The notes under the pieces are model-generated. The model was not told the origin of the DNA. It was given only the letters and a program-made list of their open reading frames with translations, and made no database searches. This document shows positions 20,180-31,974 of a DNA stretch of 64,000 nt, one piece after another (the first letter of the stretch is position 1; every line of letters starts with the position of its first letter). This DNA comes from Alphaproteobacteria bacterium (GTDB taxonomy: Bacteria > Pseudomonadota > Alphaproteobacteria > MPNO01 > UBA830). The stretch is taken from the NCBI GenBank assembly GCA_965243135.1, contig OZ251539.1:5184001-5248000 (forward strand), written 5' to 3'. Position numbers and translations under genes: made by a program.

Positions 20180-22192
20180 CTACCGCCCCGACAACGGCCA
20201 GGGAAGTTCGACCAGCGCCTGCAGCAGCCCCGGCGGGAAATCACCCCCGATAAGATGGCCAAGCAGCAGCAGCCCGCCGATTCCGGCGGCGGTCAGGATC
20301 GCCGAAAGCGCGAGGCTCGCGCCGGCGCGGCGGCGCAGGAAGGCGAGGAAGAAGATCCCGAGCGCGAGCACGAACCCGAGCAGCGCGGTGAGCAGCAACA
20401 GCGAGACGAACCAGCCCAGGGTCGGCCACAGGCCGTAAGGCGCGTCCGCGTCCTCGGCCGCCTCCCTGTCGGCGAACAGCGCGTCGCCCGCCGGCCGCCG
20501 CGCCATGCGAACGAGCAGGACCAGCGCGGCGACGGTCATGACGCCGCAGACCAGCGCCGGGAATACCTTGTCGATCAGCACGTCCAGCAGCAGGGAGTCG
20601 GCGAAGGCGATTGCGAGGAAGCCCGCGACCGCGGCGGCGAAGACGAAGCCCGGAAGCCGCCGCCCCGCGGCGGCCTCGTCTCGATAGAGGGACTTCGACT
20701 GACGCGTGCCGAGCCAGATCGAGAGCGCGGTGACGGCCAGGATGGCGATGGCGACCGGCGACAGCACGTATCCGAGCCCCTCCCAAACGTCGCGGCCGAA
20801 GCGGACGAGGGCGATCTGCGTCGCCTGATAAACGTAAACTTCCGCCTGATCGGCCAGCACGAAGCCGATCAGAAAGGCCGGGCGGGGCCAGTGGAACCGG
20901 CGCATGAAGATGCCGAGGAGGCCCACGGCGACGAGCGCCGCGAGATCCCACAGGGTCTGCTTCGACTGGAAAGCGGCGAAGGCGATCATCATGAACAGGA
21001 AGGGCGCGAGCAGCGGGAAACGGATCGTGGTCAGCCGGGCGATGCCGCCCGACAGGAAGAGGCAGAGGCCGGCGCCGATCACGTTGGCGAGCGCCAGCGA
21101 CCAGACGATCGTATAGGTGATGGGGAGGTCGTTCTGGATCATTTGCGGCCCGGCGTCGTACCCCAGCAAGACCAAGCCGCCGATGAACACCGCCATCGAG
21201 CCGGATCCCGGAATTCCGAACAGCAGGGTCGGCACCAGCCCTCCGCCTTCCTTGGCGTTGTTGGAGCTCTCGGGGCCGATGACTCCGCGGATGTCGCCTT
21301 CGCCGAACCGCGACGGCCGCCGCGCCGTCTGCACCGTGTGGCCGTAGGCGATCCAGTCGACGACGGATCCCCCGAGGCCCGGGATCACGCCCACCATGAC
21401 CCCGATCGCGGCGCAGCGGATCGACAGCCATTTGTGGCGCCACCAGTCGATCACGCCCGCCATCCACCCCGCGCCCAGCTTCGAGGTCTCGGAGATCGCG
21501 CCCTCCCGGCGCAGCAGCGAGACGATCTCGGGCACGGCGAAGACGCCGAGGCCGACGATGACGAGCTGGAGCCCGTCCTGCAGGTACCAGCTGCCGAAAT
21601 CCATGCGCGGCGACCCCTGCGCAGGCGCCTCTCCGATCGCGCCGACCGCGAGGCCGAGGCCGGCGGCGAGCAGGCCCTTCAGGAGGCTCCGCCCGGCGAG
21701 CACGCCCACCATCGAGAGTCCGAGCACGGTCAGCATGAGCAGTTCCGGGAATCCGAAAGCGAGCACGACAGGCCGCGCCGCGACGATGAAAAAGGTCAGG
21801 ATCGCCGCGCCGAACAACCCGCCGAACAGGGACGAAGCGAACGCGGCCGCGAGGGCGCGGGCCGCCTGTCCGGCCCGCGCCAGCGGAAACCCGTCGAGCA
21901 CCGTGGCCTGGGAGGCCGACGAGCCAGGTATTCCCATGAGAACCGACGCGAAGGTGTCGGAGGTCGGAATCACCGCGACCAACCCCACCATCATGGCGAG
22001 GCCCGACACCGGATCCATTCCGTAAATGAACGGCAGGACGAGGCTCAGTCCCGCGATCCCGCCAAGGCCCGGGAAGATCCCGACCGAGAGGCCGAGCAGC
22101 ACGCCGACGGCGAGCCACCCGATCTGGGCGGGGCTGAAGATCAGCGCGAACGCTTCGCCGAGCGCCGGCAGCACCGCCGCGGTGAGTTCCAC
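20180..22192 (-). CDS. tctA: Tripartite tricarboxylate transporter TctA with TctB-like C-terminal extension
   Basis: GIFPGLGG, GIPGSSASQATVLDGFP, GPESSNNAKEGGGLVPTLLFGIPGS. Confidence 0.92.
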   Translation of the reverse strand: MELTAAVLPALGEAFALIFSPAQIGWLAVGVLLGLSVGIFPGLGGIAGLSLVLPFIYGMDPVSGLAMMVGLVAVIPTSDTFASVLMGIPGSSASQATVLDGFPLARAGQAARALAAAFASSLFGGLFGAAILTFFIVAARPVVLAFGFPELLMLTVLGLSMVGVLAGRSLLKGLLAAGLGLAVGAIGEAPAQGSPRMDFGSWYLQDGLQLVIVGLGVFAVPEIVSLLRREGAISETSKLGAGWMAGVIDWWRHKWLSIRCAAIGVMVGVIPGLGGSVVDWIAYGHTVQTARRPSRFGEGDIRGVIGPESSNNAKEGGGLVPTLLFGIPGSGSMAVFIGGLVLLGYDAGPQMIQNDLPITYTIVWSLALANVIGAGLCLFLSGGIARLTTIRFPLLAPFLFMMIAFAAFQSKQTLWDLAALVAVGLLGIFMRRFHWPRPAFLIGFVLADQAEVYVYQATQIALVRFGRDVWEGLGYVLSPVAIAILAVTALSIWLGTRQSKSLYRDEAAAGRRLPGFVFAAAVAGFLAIAFADSLLLDVLIDKVFPALVCGVMTVAALVLLVRMARRPAGDALFADREAAEDADAPYGLWPTLGWFVSLLLLTALLGFVLALGIFFLAFLRRRAGASLALSAILTAAGIGGLLLLGHLIGGDFPPGLLQALVELPWPLSGR

Positions 22193-22246
22193 CGGCCCCT
22201 CCCCGGAGGCGCGGCGGGCGGTCTCGCCGCCCGCCGCGCGCTTGCT

Positions 22247-23347
22247 CTACTTCTTCAGCGTGACGCCGAAGCGATCTTTCAGCCAGGTCTTGACCCAGGC
22301 GACGGCCTTGGGATCGACCTTGGTCCCGAGATTTTTGTAGGCGGCCGCCTGGCTGCCGGTTGCCTGCGGATAGACGCCGAGCCGCTTCTTCGACTTCTCG
22401 GGGAAGTCGGGACGTTCGGTGACCGCCTTGAAAGCCGCCGAATAGGCGTCGACGAACGCCTTCGGCGTGCCCTTGGGCAGGAAGACCATCTTCTGGGCCG
22501 CGAACCCCGCGATGAAAAAGGCTTTCCAGGCGCTCCACGCGTCTCCCGACGGCGCCTCGCCCTTCACCTGCGCATAGACCTCCTTGAAGGTCGGCATGTC
22601 GGGGAAGGTCGGATCGCGCACGATGTCGCCCTTCGCGTCGAGCGCGCCCCAGCTCATGATCGGCACGGCCTTGCCGTCCTTAACGAGCGGCACGACCTTC
22701 GAAAGATACGCGGCCGACGTCTGGTAATCGATGTTCGCCTCGCCGCGTTCGAACATCAGCCGTCCGGCGCCGCGGCCCTTGACCCCGAAAACCGGATCGA
22801 CCTTCATGCCGAGCATCTCCCAGGCCAGCAGCGGAACGAGGTCGAGCCGCGTCGCGCCCTGCGAGCCGTAGACGAACTTCGTGCCGAGAATCGACTTCGG
22901 ATCCTTCGCCCACTTGGCACCGAGATCGGGCGGAAGATAGGCCACCCCGCCGGTGGCGGTGGCGAGCACGACGTTCCAGTCGGCGTAGTCGTACTTGACC
23001 CGGGGATCTCCAAGCAGGAACGGAAACTGCGTCGATCCCGAGGTGCCGAGGATCGTGAGCCCGTCCGGCTTGGCGCGCGCCGCGAACCAATTCGCGCCCT
23101 TGGTGGAGCCGGCGCCCGGCATGTGCTTGATCGAGATCGCGGGCTTGCCGGGCAGGGCCTCGGACAGCAGCGGCGCGTAAAAGCGCGACCACTTGGCCGA
23201 GCCGCCGCCGGGACCGAACGGAATGATCCATTCGATCGTCTTGCCCGCGAAACTCACGTTCATGGCCGACGCTCCGGCAGGGGCGAGCGCCGCGGTTCCG
23301 AGCGCGAGGGCTCCGACCGCCCGTCGCAGGGTGGCTGACGTCATCAT
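22247..23347 (-). CDS. tctC: Tripartite tricarboxylate transporter substrate-binding protein (TctC/Bug)
   Basis: Signal peptide, IIPFGPGGGS, MPGAGS...AKPDGLTI. Confidence 0.88.
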   Translation of the reverse strand: MMTSATLRRAVGALALGTAALAPAGASAMNVSFAGKTIEWIIPFGPGGGSAKWSRFYAPLLSEALPGKPAISIKHMPGAGSTKGANWFAARAKPDGLTILGTSGSTQFPFLLGDPRVKYDYADWNVVLATATGGVAYLPPDLGAKWAKDPKSILGTKFVYGSQGATRLDLVPLLAWEMLGMKVDPVFGVKGRGAGRLMFERGEANIDYQTSAAYLSKVVPLVKDGKAVPIMSWGALDAKGDIVRDPTFPDMPTFKEVYAQVKGEAPSGDAWSAWKAFFIAGFAAQKMVFLPKGTPKAFVDAYSAAFKAVTERPDFPEKSKKRLGVYPQATGSQAAAYKNLGTKVDPKAVAWVKTWLKDRFGVTLKK

Positions 23348-23648
23348 TTATTGCCTCCGTGGATTGAACCCGCCCATACTGCCGAACCGATCGGCAGCGA
23401 TCAAGGCGCGCCGCCGCGGTGCCGCGGTTTTCCCGGACGGACGACGGGCCGGTCGCCCGGTCTCTTCGTTCACGGCGCGGTTCGCCGCCATGCCGTAGCG
23501 AATTCCGGAGTCGCGCGGCAGAAAATCCTTGCAATGCGGCGCTGCATCTTTACAAGTCCCGGATGTCCGAGCGGCGTGACCTTCCTGCCGGTTTCTCTCC
23601 GCGCCGCTTTCCGGCGACCGAATTCCGGCCGACGCCGCCTTAATTCGA

Positions 23649-25634
23649 GTGAAGCGTTTGTCCGAATCCTTCCCAGACCCGCGCCGCCTCGCCGACTCCG
23701 TCAGGGCGCTCGCGATGGACGCGGTGCAGGCGGCGAACAGCGGCCATCCGGGCATGCCCATGGGCGCCGCGGACATGGCGGAGGTGCTGTTCACCCGCTA
23801 CCTCAAGTACGATCCCGCCGACCCCGGCTGGCCCGACCGCGACCGGTTCGTGCTGTCCGCCGGGCATGGTTCGATGCTGCTCTACGCGATCCTGCATCTG
23901 ACCGGCTACGCGGACATGACCATCGATCAGATCAGGAATTTCCGGCAGTTGGGCAGCCGCGCCGCTGGCCATCCCGAGCACGGCGCGGCCGGCGGCATCG
24001 AAACGACCACGGGACCGCTCGGCCAGGGTCTGGCCGCCGCGGTCGGCATGGCGATCGCCGAACGCTCGATGAACGCGCGCTACGGCGACGCGCTCGTCGA
24101 CCACCGCACGTGGGCGCTCGTTTCGGACGGCGACCTGATGGAGGGCGTCAGCCACGAGGCGGCTTCCCTCGCCGGGCATCTGCGCCTCGACCGGCTGATC
24201 GTGCTGTACGACGACAACCGGATTTCGATCGACGGCGACACGGATCTGTGCCTCTCCGACGACGCGGCGGGCAGGTTCGAGTCCTGCGGCTGGGACGCTC
24301 GGCGTTGCGACGGTCACGACCGGGAAGCGATCGTCGACGCCGTCGAGGCGGCGCTGGCGACGGCCGCGCCGTCGCTGATCGCCTGCCGCACGACCATCGG
24401 CTACGGCGCGCCGGCCAAGGGCGGCACCGCGGCCTCGCACGGCGCCCCGCTCGGAGAGGACGAAGTGGCCGCGGCGCGGCGCGCGTTGGGCTGGGAGCAT
24501 GCGCCGTTCGTCGTTCCCGGCGAAATCCTTTCCGCCTGGCGCGAGGCCGGCCGCCGCGGCGCGGCGCGGCGGCGGGAATGGGCCGGCCGTCTCGCCGCAT
24601 CGGACCTCCGCGGGGAATTCGAGCGCGCGGCGGCGGGCGAACTGCCCGAGGGTTGGCAACGGCCGCTGGCCGAGCTCGGGAAACGTTTCGCCGAGGAGGC
24701 CCCGAAACTGGCCACGCGCGCGTCGTCCGGCAAGGCGCTGGAGGCGGCGGCGTCCGCGATACCCGAATTGATCGGCGGCTCGGCCGACCTGACGGGATCC
24801 AACAACACCCGGCCGTCCGCGTTCCGCACGTTCGCGCCGCCCGACTACGCCGGCCGCTACGTCCATTACGGGGTGCGCGAGCACGGCATGGCCGCGGCTA
24901 TGAACGGAATGGCCCTTCACGGCGGCGTGTTGCCCTATGCAGGCACGTTCCTGATTTTTTCGGACTATCTCCGCCCCGCGATGCGCCTCGCGGCGCTGAT
25001 GCGCCAGCCCGTAGTCTACGTGCTGAGCCACGATTCGATCGGACTTGGAGAAGACGGGCCGACGCACCAGCCGGTCGAACAGCTCGCGGGCCTGCGCGCC
25101 TTGCCGGGGTTGCACGTCTACCGCCCGGCCGACGCGGTGGAAGTCGCGGAATGCTGGCGGCTCGCGCTCGAACGGCGCGACGGGCCGTCGGCGCTCGTTC
25201 TGACGCGGCAAGGCGTGCCCACCGTGCGGACGCGGCATGCGGAGGACAACCCTTGCCGCCGCGGCGCCTACGTTCTCGCGGAAGCGGACGGCGACCGCCG
25301 GGCGACGCTGTTGGCCACCGGCTCCGAAGTGGAGATCGCCTTGTCCGCGCGCGACGCGCTCCAGGCCGGCGGCGTTCCCGCGGCCGTCGTCTCGATGCCG
25401 TGCTGGGAGCTGTTCGAGCGCCAGGATCCCGCTTACCGGAAGGCGGTGCTCGGCGCCGCGCCGCGGGTCGCCGTGGAAGCCGCTTCGGCGTTCGGCTGGG
25501 ACAAGTGGACCGGACCCGGCGGCGGGTTCGTGGGAATGGACGGTTTCGGAGCGTCGGCGCCGGGCGCCGCGCTGTACGAGCATTTCGGAATCACCGCGGA
25601 AGCGGTGGCGGACGCCGTTCGCGAACGGCTTTGA
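23649..25634 (+). CDS. tkt: Transketolase
   Basis: [43 protein letters not shown]. Confidence 0.98.
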   Translation: MKRLSESFPDPRRLADSVRALAMDAVQAANSGHPGMPMGAADMAEVLFTRYLKYDPADPGWPDRDRFVLSAGHGSMLLYAILHLTGYADMTIDQIRNFRQLGSRAAGHPEHGAAGGIETTTGPLGQGLAAAVGMAIAERSMNARYGDALVDHRTWALVSDGDLMEGVSHEAASLAGHLRLDRLIVLYDDNRISIDGDTDLCLSDDAAGRFESCGWDARRCDGHDREAIVDAVEAALATAAPSLIACRTTIGYGAPAKGGTAASHGAPLGEDEVAAARRALGWEHAPFVVPGEILSAWREAGRRGAARRREWAGRLAASDLRGEFERAAAGELPEGWQRPLAELGKRFAEEAPKLATRASSGKALEAAASAIPELIGGSADLTGSNNTRPSAFRTFAPPDYAGRYVHYGVREHGMAAAMNGMALHGGVLPYAGTFLIFSDYLRPAMRLAALMRQPVVYVLSHDSIGLGEDGPTHQPVEQLAGLRALPGLHVYRPADAVEVAECWRLALERRDGPSALVLTRQGVPTVRTRHAEDNPCRRGAYVLAEADGDRRATLLATGSEVEIALSARDALQAGGVPAAVVSMPCWELFERQDPAYRKAVLGAAPRVAVEAASAFGWDKWTGPGGGFVGMDGFGASAPGAALYEHFGITAEAVADAVRERL

Positions 25635-25674
25635 AACCTGGCGCCGGCCGGCGCGCTTGCGAGGAGGACGAAGG

Positions 25675-26685
25675 ATGGCGGTACGGGTAGCGATCAACGG
25701 GTTCGGGCGGATCGGGCGCCTGACGCTGCGGGCGGCGCTCGAGTCCGGCCGCGACGACATCGAGTTCGTCGCGATCAACGATCTCGGCTCCGTCGAAATG
25801 AACGCGCATCTGTTGCAGTACGACAGCGCGCACGGGCGGTTTCCGAATAAGGTGAAGGCCGCGAAGACCGGGATCGACGCCGGGAACGGCGTCATCAAGG
25901 TGCTCGCCGAACGCAATCCGGAAGACCTGCCCTGGGGCCGGCTGGGCGTCGACGTCGTGCTCGAGTGCACGGGCCTCTTCACCAAGCGCGAACAGGCGGA
26001 AAAGCATCTCGCGGCCGGCGCGGCGCGAGTCCTGATCTCGGCGCCGGCCAGCGGCGAGGACCTGACCGTCGTCTACGGCGTCAACCACGACAAGCTGCGC
26101 AAGCGCCACACGGTGGTCTCCAACGCGTCTTGCACCACCAACTGCCTGGCGCCGGTGGCGGCCGTCATGCACAAGGCGTTCGGAATCGCGCAAGGCTACA
26201 TGACGACCGTGCACGCTTATACGGGCGACCAGCGAATCCTCGATACGCTTCACGGCGATCCGCGACGCGCCCGCGCCGCGGCGCAGTCCATGATCCCGAC
26301 CTCGACCGGCGCGGCCAAGGCGGTCGGGCTGGCGCTGCCGGAACTGGCCGGAAAGCTCGACGGCACGGCCGTCCGCGTGCCGACGGCGAACGTCTCGATG
26401 ATCGACTTCAAGTTCGCCCCCAAACGGAAAACCACGGTCGAAGAGGTGAACGCGGCGGCGGCCAAGGCGGCCTCGACGAGGCGGCTCAAGGGCATTCTCG
26501 ACGTCAACGACCTGCCGCTGGTGTCGATCGATTTCAACCACAATCCGGCGTCGTCGATCTTCGACGCCACCCAGACCCAGGTGATCGAAGGCAAGCTTGT
26601 CCGCGTCCTGAGCTGGTACGACAACGAATGGGGTTTTTCCAACCGCATGCTCGACACCGCGGCAGCCATGGGGCGGCTGGGATAG
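25675..26685 (+). CDS. gap: Type I glyceraldehyde-3-phosphate dehydrogenase
   Basis: [30 protein letters not shown]. Confidence 0.98.
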   Translation: MAVRVAINGFGRIGRLTLRAALESGRDDIEFVAINDLGSVEMNAHLLQYDSAHGRFPNKVKAAKTGIDAGNGVIKVLAERNPEDLPWGRLGVDVVLECTGLFTKREQAEKHLAAGAARVLISAPASGEDLTVVYGVNHDKLRKRHTVVSNASCTTNCLAPVAAVMHKAFGIAQGYMTTVHAYTGDQRILDTLHGDPRRARAAAQSMIPTSTGAAKAVGLALPELAGKLDGTAVRVPTANVSMIDFKFAPKRKTTVEEVNAAAAKAASTRRLKGILDVNDLPLVSIDFNHNPASSIFDATQTQVIEGKLVRVLSWYDNEWGFSNRMLDTAAAMGRLG

Positions 26686-26691
26686 GACGCG

Positions 26692-27879
26692 GTGCCCCGG
26701 ACCCTCGACGACGCGGACGCCGCCGGCAAGCGGGTTCTTCTGCGCGCCGACCTGAACGTGCCGACGAAGGACGGCGCCGTGACGGACGCCACGCGGATCG
26801 AGCGTCTTGCGCCGACCATCCGGGAGCTGGCGGCGGCCGGCGCGGTCGTGGTCGTCGCGTCCCATTTCGGAAGGCCGGGCGGCAGGATCGATCCCGCGTC
26901 GTCGCTGGAGCCGCTGGCCGGGCCCCTGTCGTCGGCGCTGGACGGCATGCCCGTCTCGTTCGCGGGCGACTGCGTCGGCCGGGAAGCGGCGCGGACGATC
27001 GCGGCGGCGTCGCCCGGCGACGTGGTGCTGCTCGAGAATCTGCGCTTCCATTCCGGCGAGGAGCGCAACGACCCGGAATTCGCCGGACGGCTCGCGGCGC
27101 TCGCGGATCTATACGTCAACGACGCTTTTTCGGCGGCCCACCGCGCGCACGCCTCCACCGAAGGGGTCGCGCGCCTGCTGCCGGCGTTCGCCGGGCGGTT
27201 GATGCAGGCCGAACTGGAGGCGCTCGCGGCGGTCCTCGACGCTCCGGAACGGCCGGTCGGCGCCGTCGTCGGCGGGGCCAAGGTGTCCACCAAGCTCGAT
27301 CTGCTGGGCAACCTCGTCGGCAAGGCGGATCTGCTGGCGATCGGCGGCGCCATGGCCAACACGTTTCTGCACGCGCTCGGCGCCGACGTGGGGAATTCGT
27401 TCTGCGAGCCGGACATGGCGGCCACGGCGCGGGACGTCCTCGCCCGCGCCGACGAGTCGGGATGCGAGGTGGCGTTGCCGTCGGACGTCGTGGTCGCGGA
27501 CGAACTCGCCGAAGGCGCGCGGAGCGAAACGGTTCCGGCGGCCGGCGTTCCCGCCGGAGCGATGATCCTCGACATCGGGCCGGGCAGCGCCGCCGCGCTG
27601 GCCGCGAAGCTGGGCGACCTGAAGACCCTGGTCTGGAACGGGCCGCTCGGCGCCTTCGAGACGTCCCCTTTCGACGCCGGCACGGCGACGGTGGCGCGCG
27701 CCGCGGCCGAGCTGACGAGGCGCGGCGCGCTGAAAACGGTCGCGGGGGGAGGCGATACGGTCGCCGCTCTCGAGGCGGCCGGCGTTACCGGCGCCTTTTC
27801 CTACGTTTCGTCCGCGGGCGGCGCGTTTCTCGAATGGCTCGAGGGAAGGCGGCTGCCGGGAGTCGCCGCGCTGGGCTGA
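26692..27879 (+). CDS. pgk: Phosphoglycerate kinase
   Basis: [35 protein letters not shown]. Confidence 0.98.
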   Translation: MPRTLDDADAAGKRVLLRADLNVPTKDGAVTDATRIERLAPTIRELAAAGAVVVVASHFGRPGGRIDPASSLEPLAGPLSSALDGMPVSFAGDCVGREAARTIAAASPGDVVLLENLRFHSGEERNDPEFAGRLAALADLYVNDAFSAAHRAHASTEGVARLLPAFAGRLMQAELEALAAVLDAPERPVGAVVGGAKVSTKLDLLGNLVGKADLLAIGGAMANTFLHALGADVGNSFCEPDMAATARDVLARADESGCEVALPSDVVVADELAEGARSETVPAAGVPAGAMILDIGPGSAAALAAKLGDLKTLVWNGPLGAFETSPFDAGTATVARAAAELTRRGALKTVAGGGDTVAALEAAGVTGAFSYVSSAGGAFLEWLEGRRLPGVAALG

Positions 27880-28543
27880 GCGCTGGCGGCGGCGCGCCGC
27901 GTCCTCCGCGCGGCGCGAGCCTCAGCCGCCGGCCGGTCCGCCGTTGGCCGCGACGAACGCCTCGATTTCGTCCGGGGCCATGGCTTCCCGGAACATCTCG
28001 GCGCGCATGCGGACCCGTTGCAAGCTTATGGCGCGGATCGCCGACCTCATGCGATTCAGGTCTTCGCCGGGTCCGATCAGCTTCACGCATACCCGCGCCT
28101 GCTCCGCGTAGTGATCCTTCTCGTCGTCGTAAATGACCTGCATGGCCTTCGCGGTCATTCGGTTGACGACGGAGCCTTCCAGCTTCGCGCCTTCGCGGAA
28201 CAGCCTCGCGCCGCCGCCTTCGGTGAATCCCACCGCCGCCCGCATCAACGCGTCGCCGCTTTCGACGTAGCCGCGGCGCAGGTCGCCGAGCTTCTTCTCC
28301 TCGGGGAGCTGGACCGTGTCTTCCGGCTGAATGCCGCGTCCCGTCAGATGTTCGAAGATATCCGCGAGCAGCACGTAGTGATTGAATTCCTGCGCGAGTT
28401 GCATCAACTGGAAATGGTAGTCGTGGCGGTCGATTTCCCTGTCGATCTCGGGGAACCGGTTCGCGAGGTCCATGAGTTCCCGATGAAGCCCGTTGAAGAA
28501 TCCGTCGACGGGGTTGAGTTCCTTCCAGAGCTGGGCGCGCAGG

Positions 28544-30192
28544 CAGCAATTCCCGCTAAGGCTCGAAACCCTTGAAAAATATGGGGCCGGAAAAAAGTCT
28601 TTCGTGGACTTTTCGAGGTGATTCGGGGCTATTTGCCTTCGAGCGGAGCATTTTTCTCTGGAAAGTGGTCCGAAGGCGAGGCGGGATTGTAACCAAAATG
28701 GCCAGAATGCCAGGCATGCGCAAGACGCTCAGCGCTCCGGGATTGCTGAAGGAAGTGCGAGCTTGTTTCGACCGTATCGAAGATCCGATCGCGAGCAGGG
28801 GGCTGAACCAGACGGACTGTCTGATGTCGGGTCTAGCGGTGTTCGGTATGAAGTATGCGTCGCTTCTGCAATTCGACGAGGCCGCGCACGCCGACGAAGT
28901 GGTTCGGCACAACCTCGCGACCTTATACGGCGTCAAGCGCGTGCCGTCGGACACTGCGATGCGCGAACGGCTTGACGAAGTCTGTCCGCGGCAATTGCGG
29001 CGTTGTTTCACGAAGATGTTCCAGGTTTTGCAACGAGGCAAGGGATTGGAAGAATACACTTGTCTGAACGGGCATTACGCTCTTTCGATCGATGGAACGG
29101 GATACTTCTCGTCGGACAAGGTGCACTGTAAAAATTGCTGCGAGAAACACCACCGCGACGGTACGATTACCTACTACCACCAGATGTTGGGAGCCGTTCT
29201 GGTGCATCCGGAACAAAAGGAGGTTTTTCCGTTTGCACCGGAACCGATCCTGAAGGAAGACGGCGCAAAAAAGAACGATTGCGAACGCAACGCAGCGAAA
29301 CGGCTTCTGAAAGATGTGCGTCGCGAACACCCGCACCTGAAGCTGGTTGTGTTGGAAGATGGGCTGGCCTCGAACGGACCGCATGCCAATCTTCTCAAGG
29401 AGTTAGACATGCGTTTCATACTGGGGGCGAAGCCCGGCGACCACAAGTTCCTGTTCGAGTGGGTCAACAACGCGCCGTCCGTGGAGCGCCGGGAGTTCAC
29501 GGACGGTGACAACATACGGCACGAATTCCGGTATCTTAACGGAGTGCCTCTGAACGATACGCACTTCGACCTCAAAGTGAACTTTCTCGAATACTGGGAG
29601 AAGCTCCCAAACGGCAAGAAACAACGTTTCTCCTGGGTCACGGATCTGCCAATTGACGAAGGGAACCTGATGGAGTTGATGCGCACCGGGCGGGCGCGCT
29701 GGAAGATCGAGAACGAAACTTTCAACACCCTGAAGAACCAAGGCTACTGCTTTGAGCACAACTTCGGTCACGGTAACAAGAATCTGTCGACGGTCTTTGC
29801 GTTCCTGATGATGCTGGCGTTCCTGATTGACCAGATTCAACAGCGATGTTGCAAACTGTTCCAACAGGCGCAAACGAAGGCCAAGCGGCCCATTTACTTC
29901 TGGGAAAAGGCGCGGGGATTGTTTCTCGAATACTTCTTGAAGGACTGGGAAACACTCTACCGAATGATCGCGTTTGGATACCGGAAAGCAGAGGGAATTC
30001 CCTACGACACCTCCTGACCTGGCACCGTGACCGAATGTGCTAAAGCAAGTTTTTCAGGGGAAACAGGATGGTCAAGGCTAAGTCGGCACCAAGCCGAAGC
30101 GGGGAAGGTGCGTCGCGGCGGCTGGTCCCTCGGTAACGACGCTATCTCGACGCGCCTTTCGCAAAGGGCGGCCACCTTAGCGGGAATTTCTG
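28544..30192 (+). mobile_element. Complete IS, copy 2 (diverged variant), 1649 bp
   Basis: Same IRs; 9-bp TSD GCGCGCAGG (28535-28543 and 30193-30201). Confidence 0.95.
28698..30017 (+). CDS. DDE transposase
   Basis: Five amino-acid differences from copies 1 and 3. Confidence 0.95.
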   Translation: MARMPGMRKTLSAPGLLKEVRACFDRIEDPIASRGLNQTDCLMSGLAVFGMKYASLLQFDEAAHADEVVRHNLATLYGVKRVPSDTAMRERLDEVCPRQLRRCFTKMFQVLQRGKGLEEYTCLNGHYALSIDGTGYFSSDKVHCKNCCEKHHRDGTITYYHQMLGAVLVHPEQKEVFPFAPEPILKEDGAKKNDCERNAAKRLLKDVRREHPHLKLVVLEDGLASNGPHANLLKELDMRFILGAKPGDHKFLFEWVNNAPSVERREFTDGDNIRHEFRYLNGVPLNDTHFDLKVNFLEYWEKLPNGKKQRFSWVTDLPIDEGNLMELMRTGRARWKIENETFNTLKNQGYCFEHNFGHGNKNLSTVFAFLMMLAFLIDQIQQRCCKLFQQAQTKAKRPIYFWEKARGLFLEYFLKDWETLYRMIAFGYRKAEGIPYDTS

Positions 30193-30481
30193 GCGCGCAG
30201 GTAGAAGACATGATCCGCTTCGTCCGCCTTTGCGAAGAAGCGCTTCGCGATTTCGCCTTCGCATTCCCAGTACGGCCATGCCGCGTCGATCAGGGCCTGT
30301 TCGATATTGTCGGACATCGCGCCGCCTCCCGCCTGCGCGGCATTTTATCCGCGAAGTCCCCCGCTGCGCCAGACCGCGGCAAGCTCGGGGCGACGCCGCG
30401 AAACGGAGTTCCGACGGCAGAAGTCGGCGGCGGAACCATTACCGCAACTGCCGGGGCGCGACGCCCGGCGCAGGTTTTCCT

Positions 30482-30979
30482 TCAGGCGCGCTCGGGCATA
30501 ACTCCGTCGCCCGGCAAAAATCCGTCGCCCGCCGTGGACAGGCAATCCCCGATCACGCTTACGGAACCGCGCGCAAGCAGGCTGATCGCCAGGATGACGG
30601 CGGCAAGAAGGCAGGCCAGAGGACTGGTCGCGATCAGAGCGAAAAAAAGCATCAATTTTAGTCCGGCGACTTTTTTGGCAACCTCTTCGTCGTCGGAGAT
30701 TCCGAGATCGCCGAGTTTCCTGCGAGGAAAAAACGCTGCGACGACAAATCCCGTCAAGAGAGTCCATGGGGTGAGCGGCCGATACGCCATATCGGCAAGG
30801 CGGCTCAGAGAAGCGCGTATCCGCGGCTCGACTTTGGGATTTTCCGCCCAGCGATCAGCCTCGCAGCCAGCCTGAACTCGAAATTCGTGAGTCGCTCGCA
30901 TCAGGCGCCAACGGATCAACCCGTATACGATCACGGCCGCGAATGCGTAAGCGATCTTGATCAGCGCAGGATCAGTCAT
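30482..30979 (-). CDS. Hypothetical membrane protein (lower GC)
   Basis: ATG at 30979 after GGAGGTG; several hydrophobic segments. Confidence 0.55.
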   Translation of the reverse strand: MTDPALIKIAYAFAAVIVYGLIRWRLMRATHEFRVQAGCEADRWAENPKVEPRIRASLSRLADMAYRPLTPWTLLTGFVVAAFFPRRKLGDLGISDDEEVAKKVAGLKLMLFFALIATSPLACLLAAVILAISLLARGSVSVIGDCLSTAGDGFLPGDGVMPERA

Positions 30980-31392
30980 CTTTCTCACCTCCACGAGAAG
31001 AGCGTTTCGGCATCTGTCCGCCTTGAGAACGTTGAATAAATTTCGCGAAGCCCTCTCGTAATTTGTGGAAAAATCAAAAAGATCGCAAATACCATGACGC
31101 AGAAAACCAACAAGATGTGTCCTCCCTTGCAAACGCGAGGACCGCTATCCCAACATCAGGCCATGTCGTTCCAGAGAGATTGGTTCGTTCATGTCGGCGA
31201 ACAAGCCCCCAAATCAACTTCCAAATACGACACAGGCTGTCGGCAGCGCAAGCGCATTATCGGGGCGGATCGGCCGGCGAGTCAAGGCGCTGGGAGAGGC
31301 GGACGCCCTCGCCGGCGCGAGAAATCCCTTTCTTCCTCGGGATATCCGTTCGATCCCCCGCCCCGGACTGCGGCAGGTCGCCGAATCCGAGG

Positions 31393-31460
31393 CAATGGAA
31401 GCATGGAAGAGACGGCAAGACTCGAAGCCGATGTCCTTGTCATCGGCGCGGGCGGCGCGG
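31393..31460 (+). repeat. Degenerate copy of the 5' end of the FAD oxidoreductase gene (37651-37719)
   Basis: CAATGGAAGCATGGAAGA...GGCGCGGGCGGCGCGG (MEETARLExDVLVIGAGGA). Confidence 0.9.
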
Positions 31461-31760
31461 AACATTGTCCGCGAGGACGAGGCGGACGATGCGATCTTCA
31501 GCGAGGCGGCGACGCCCGAGGGCCTCGATAACGTCATGCTGGAGGAATTGGCGAACTTCGAGGTGCCCTCGCCGGCCGGCCGAGGTCTGGCTGCAGGCGG
31601 AGGAGCGGCGCGGACGGATTTTCTACCAGCCGGTCTTCATAACGGCGTTCCACCGCACCGACGCCGTCGCGCCCGAAGCGCGGACGGCTGTCATGGACGT
31701 CCTGCGCGCGAAATCAGCGCGCGCTGCCGCGGCTACCCGCTCTATCGGAGAGAAAGACAA
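31461..31760 (+). pseudogene. Possible C-terminal remnant of a Mu gpF-like head protein (PBECR-like extension)
   Basis: Frameshifted PAEVWLQAEERRGRIFYQPVFI, immediately upstream of a gpG-like remnant. Confidence 0.3.
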
Positions 31761-31974
31761 GCGCCGTCGGCAGAGGACCAGGAACCGTCTCGGTCAGGTA
31801 CGCGAACCACGGAACGGCCGCGCGAGATCGCCAAATCGGACGCGACCGAAGCCGCACTTGATCCGCACCCCCGACGACGCTTCGCAAGAAGATAGCTTGT
31901 CGAGGTCAAAGACGTCAACAACGTCCTGCGGAAGTGATTCGACCACTTGTTCCGCTCGGGGCACGACCTCGAAC

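Larger units (their letters stand above)
27922..30317 (-). pseudogene. Ferritin-like (di-iron carboxylate) protein interrupted by IS copy 2
   Basis: Removing the IS and one TSD joins MSDNIEQ...HVFYLRA to QLWKELNPVDG...MDLANRF in frame; two ExxH motifs (EFNH, EKDH). Confidence 0.8.

Noticed and set aside
20180-23347. Missing tctB as a novelty
   Set aside because: TctA carries a TctB-like C-terminal extension, a known arrangement
28572-28697. N-terminal extension of the copy-2 transposase (481 aa)
   Set aside because: Created by a 1-bp insertion upstream of the shared ATG; absent in the other copies
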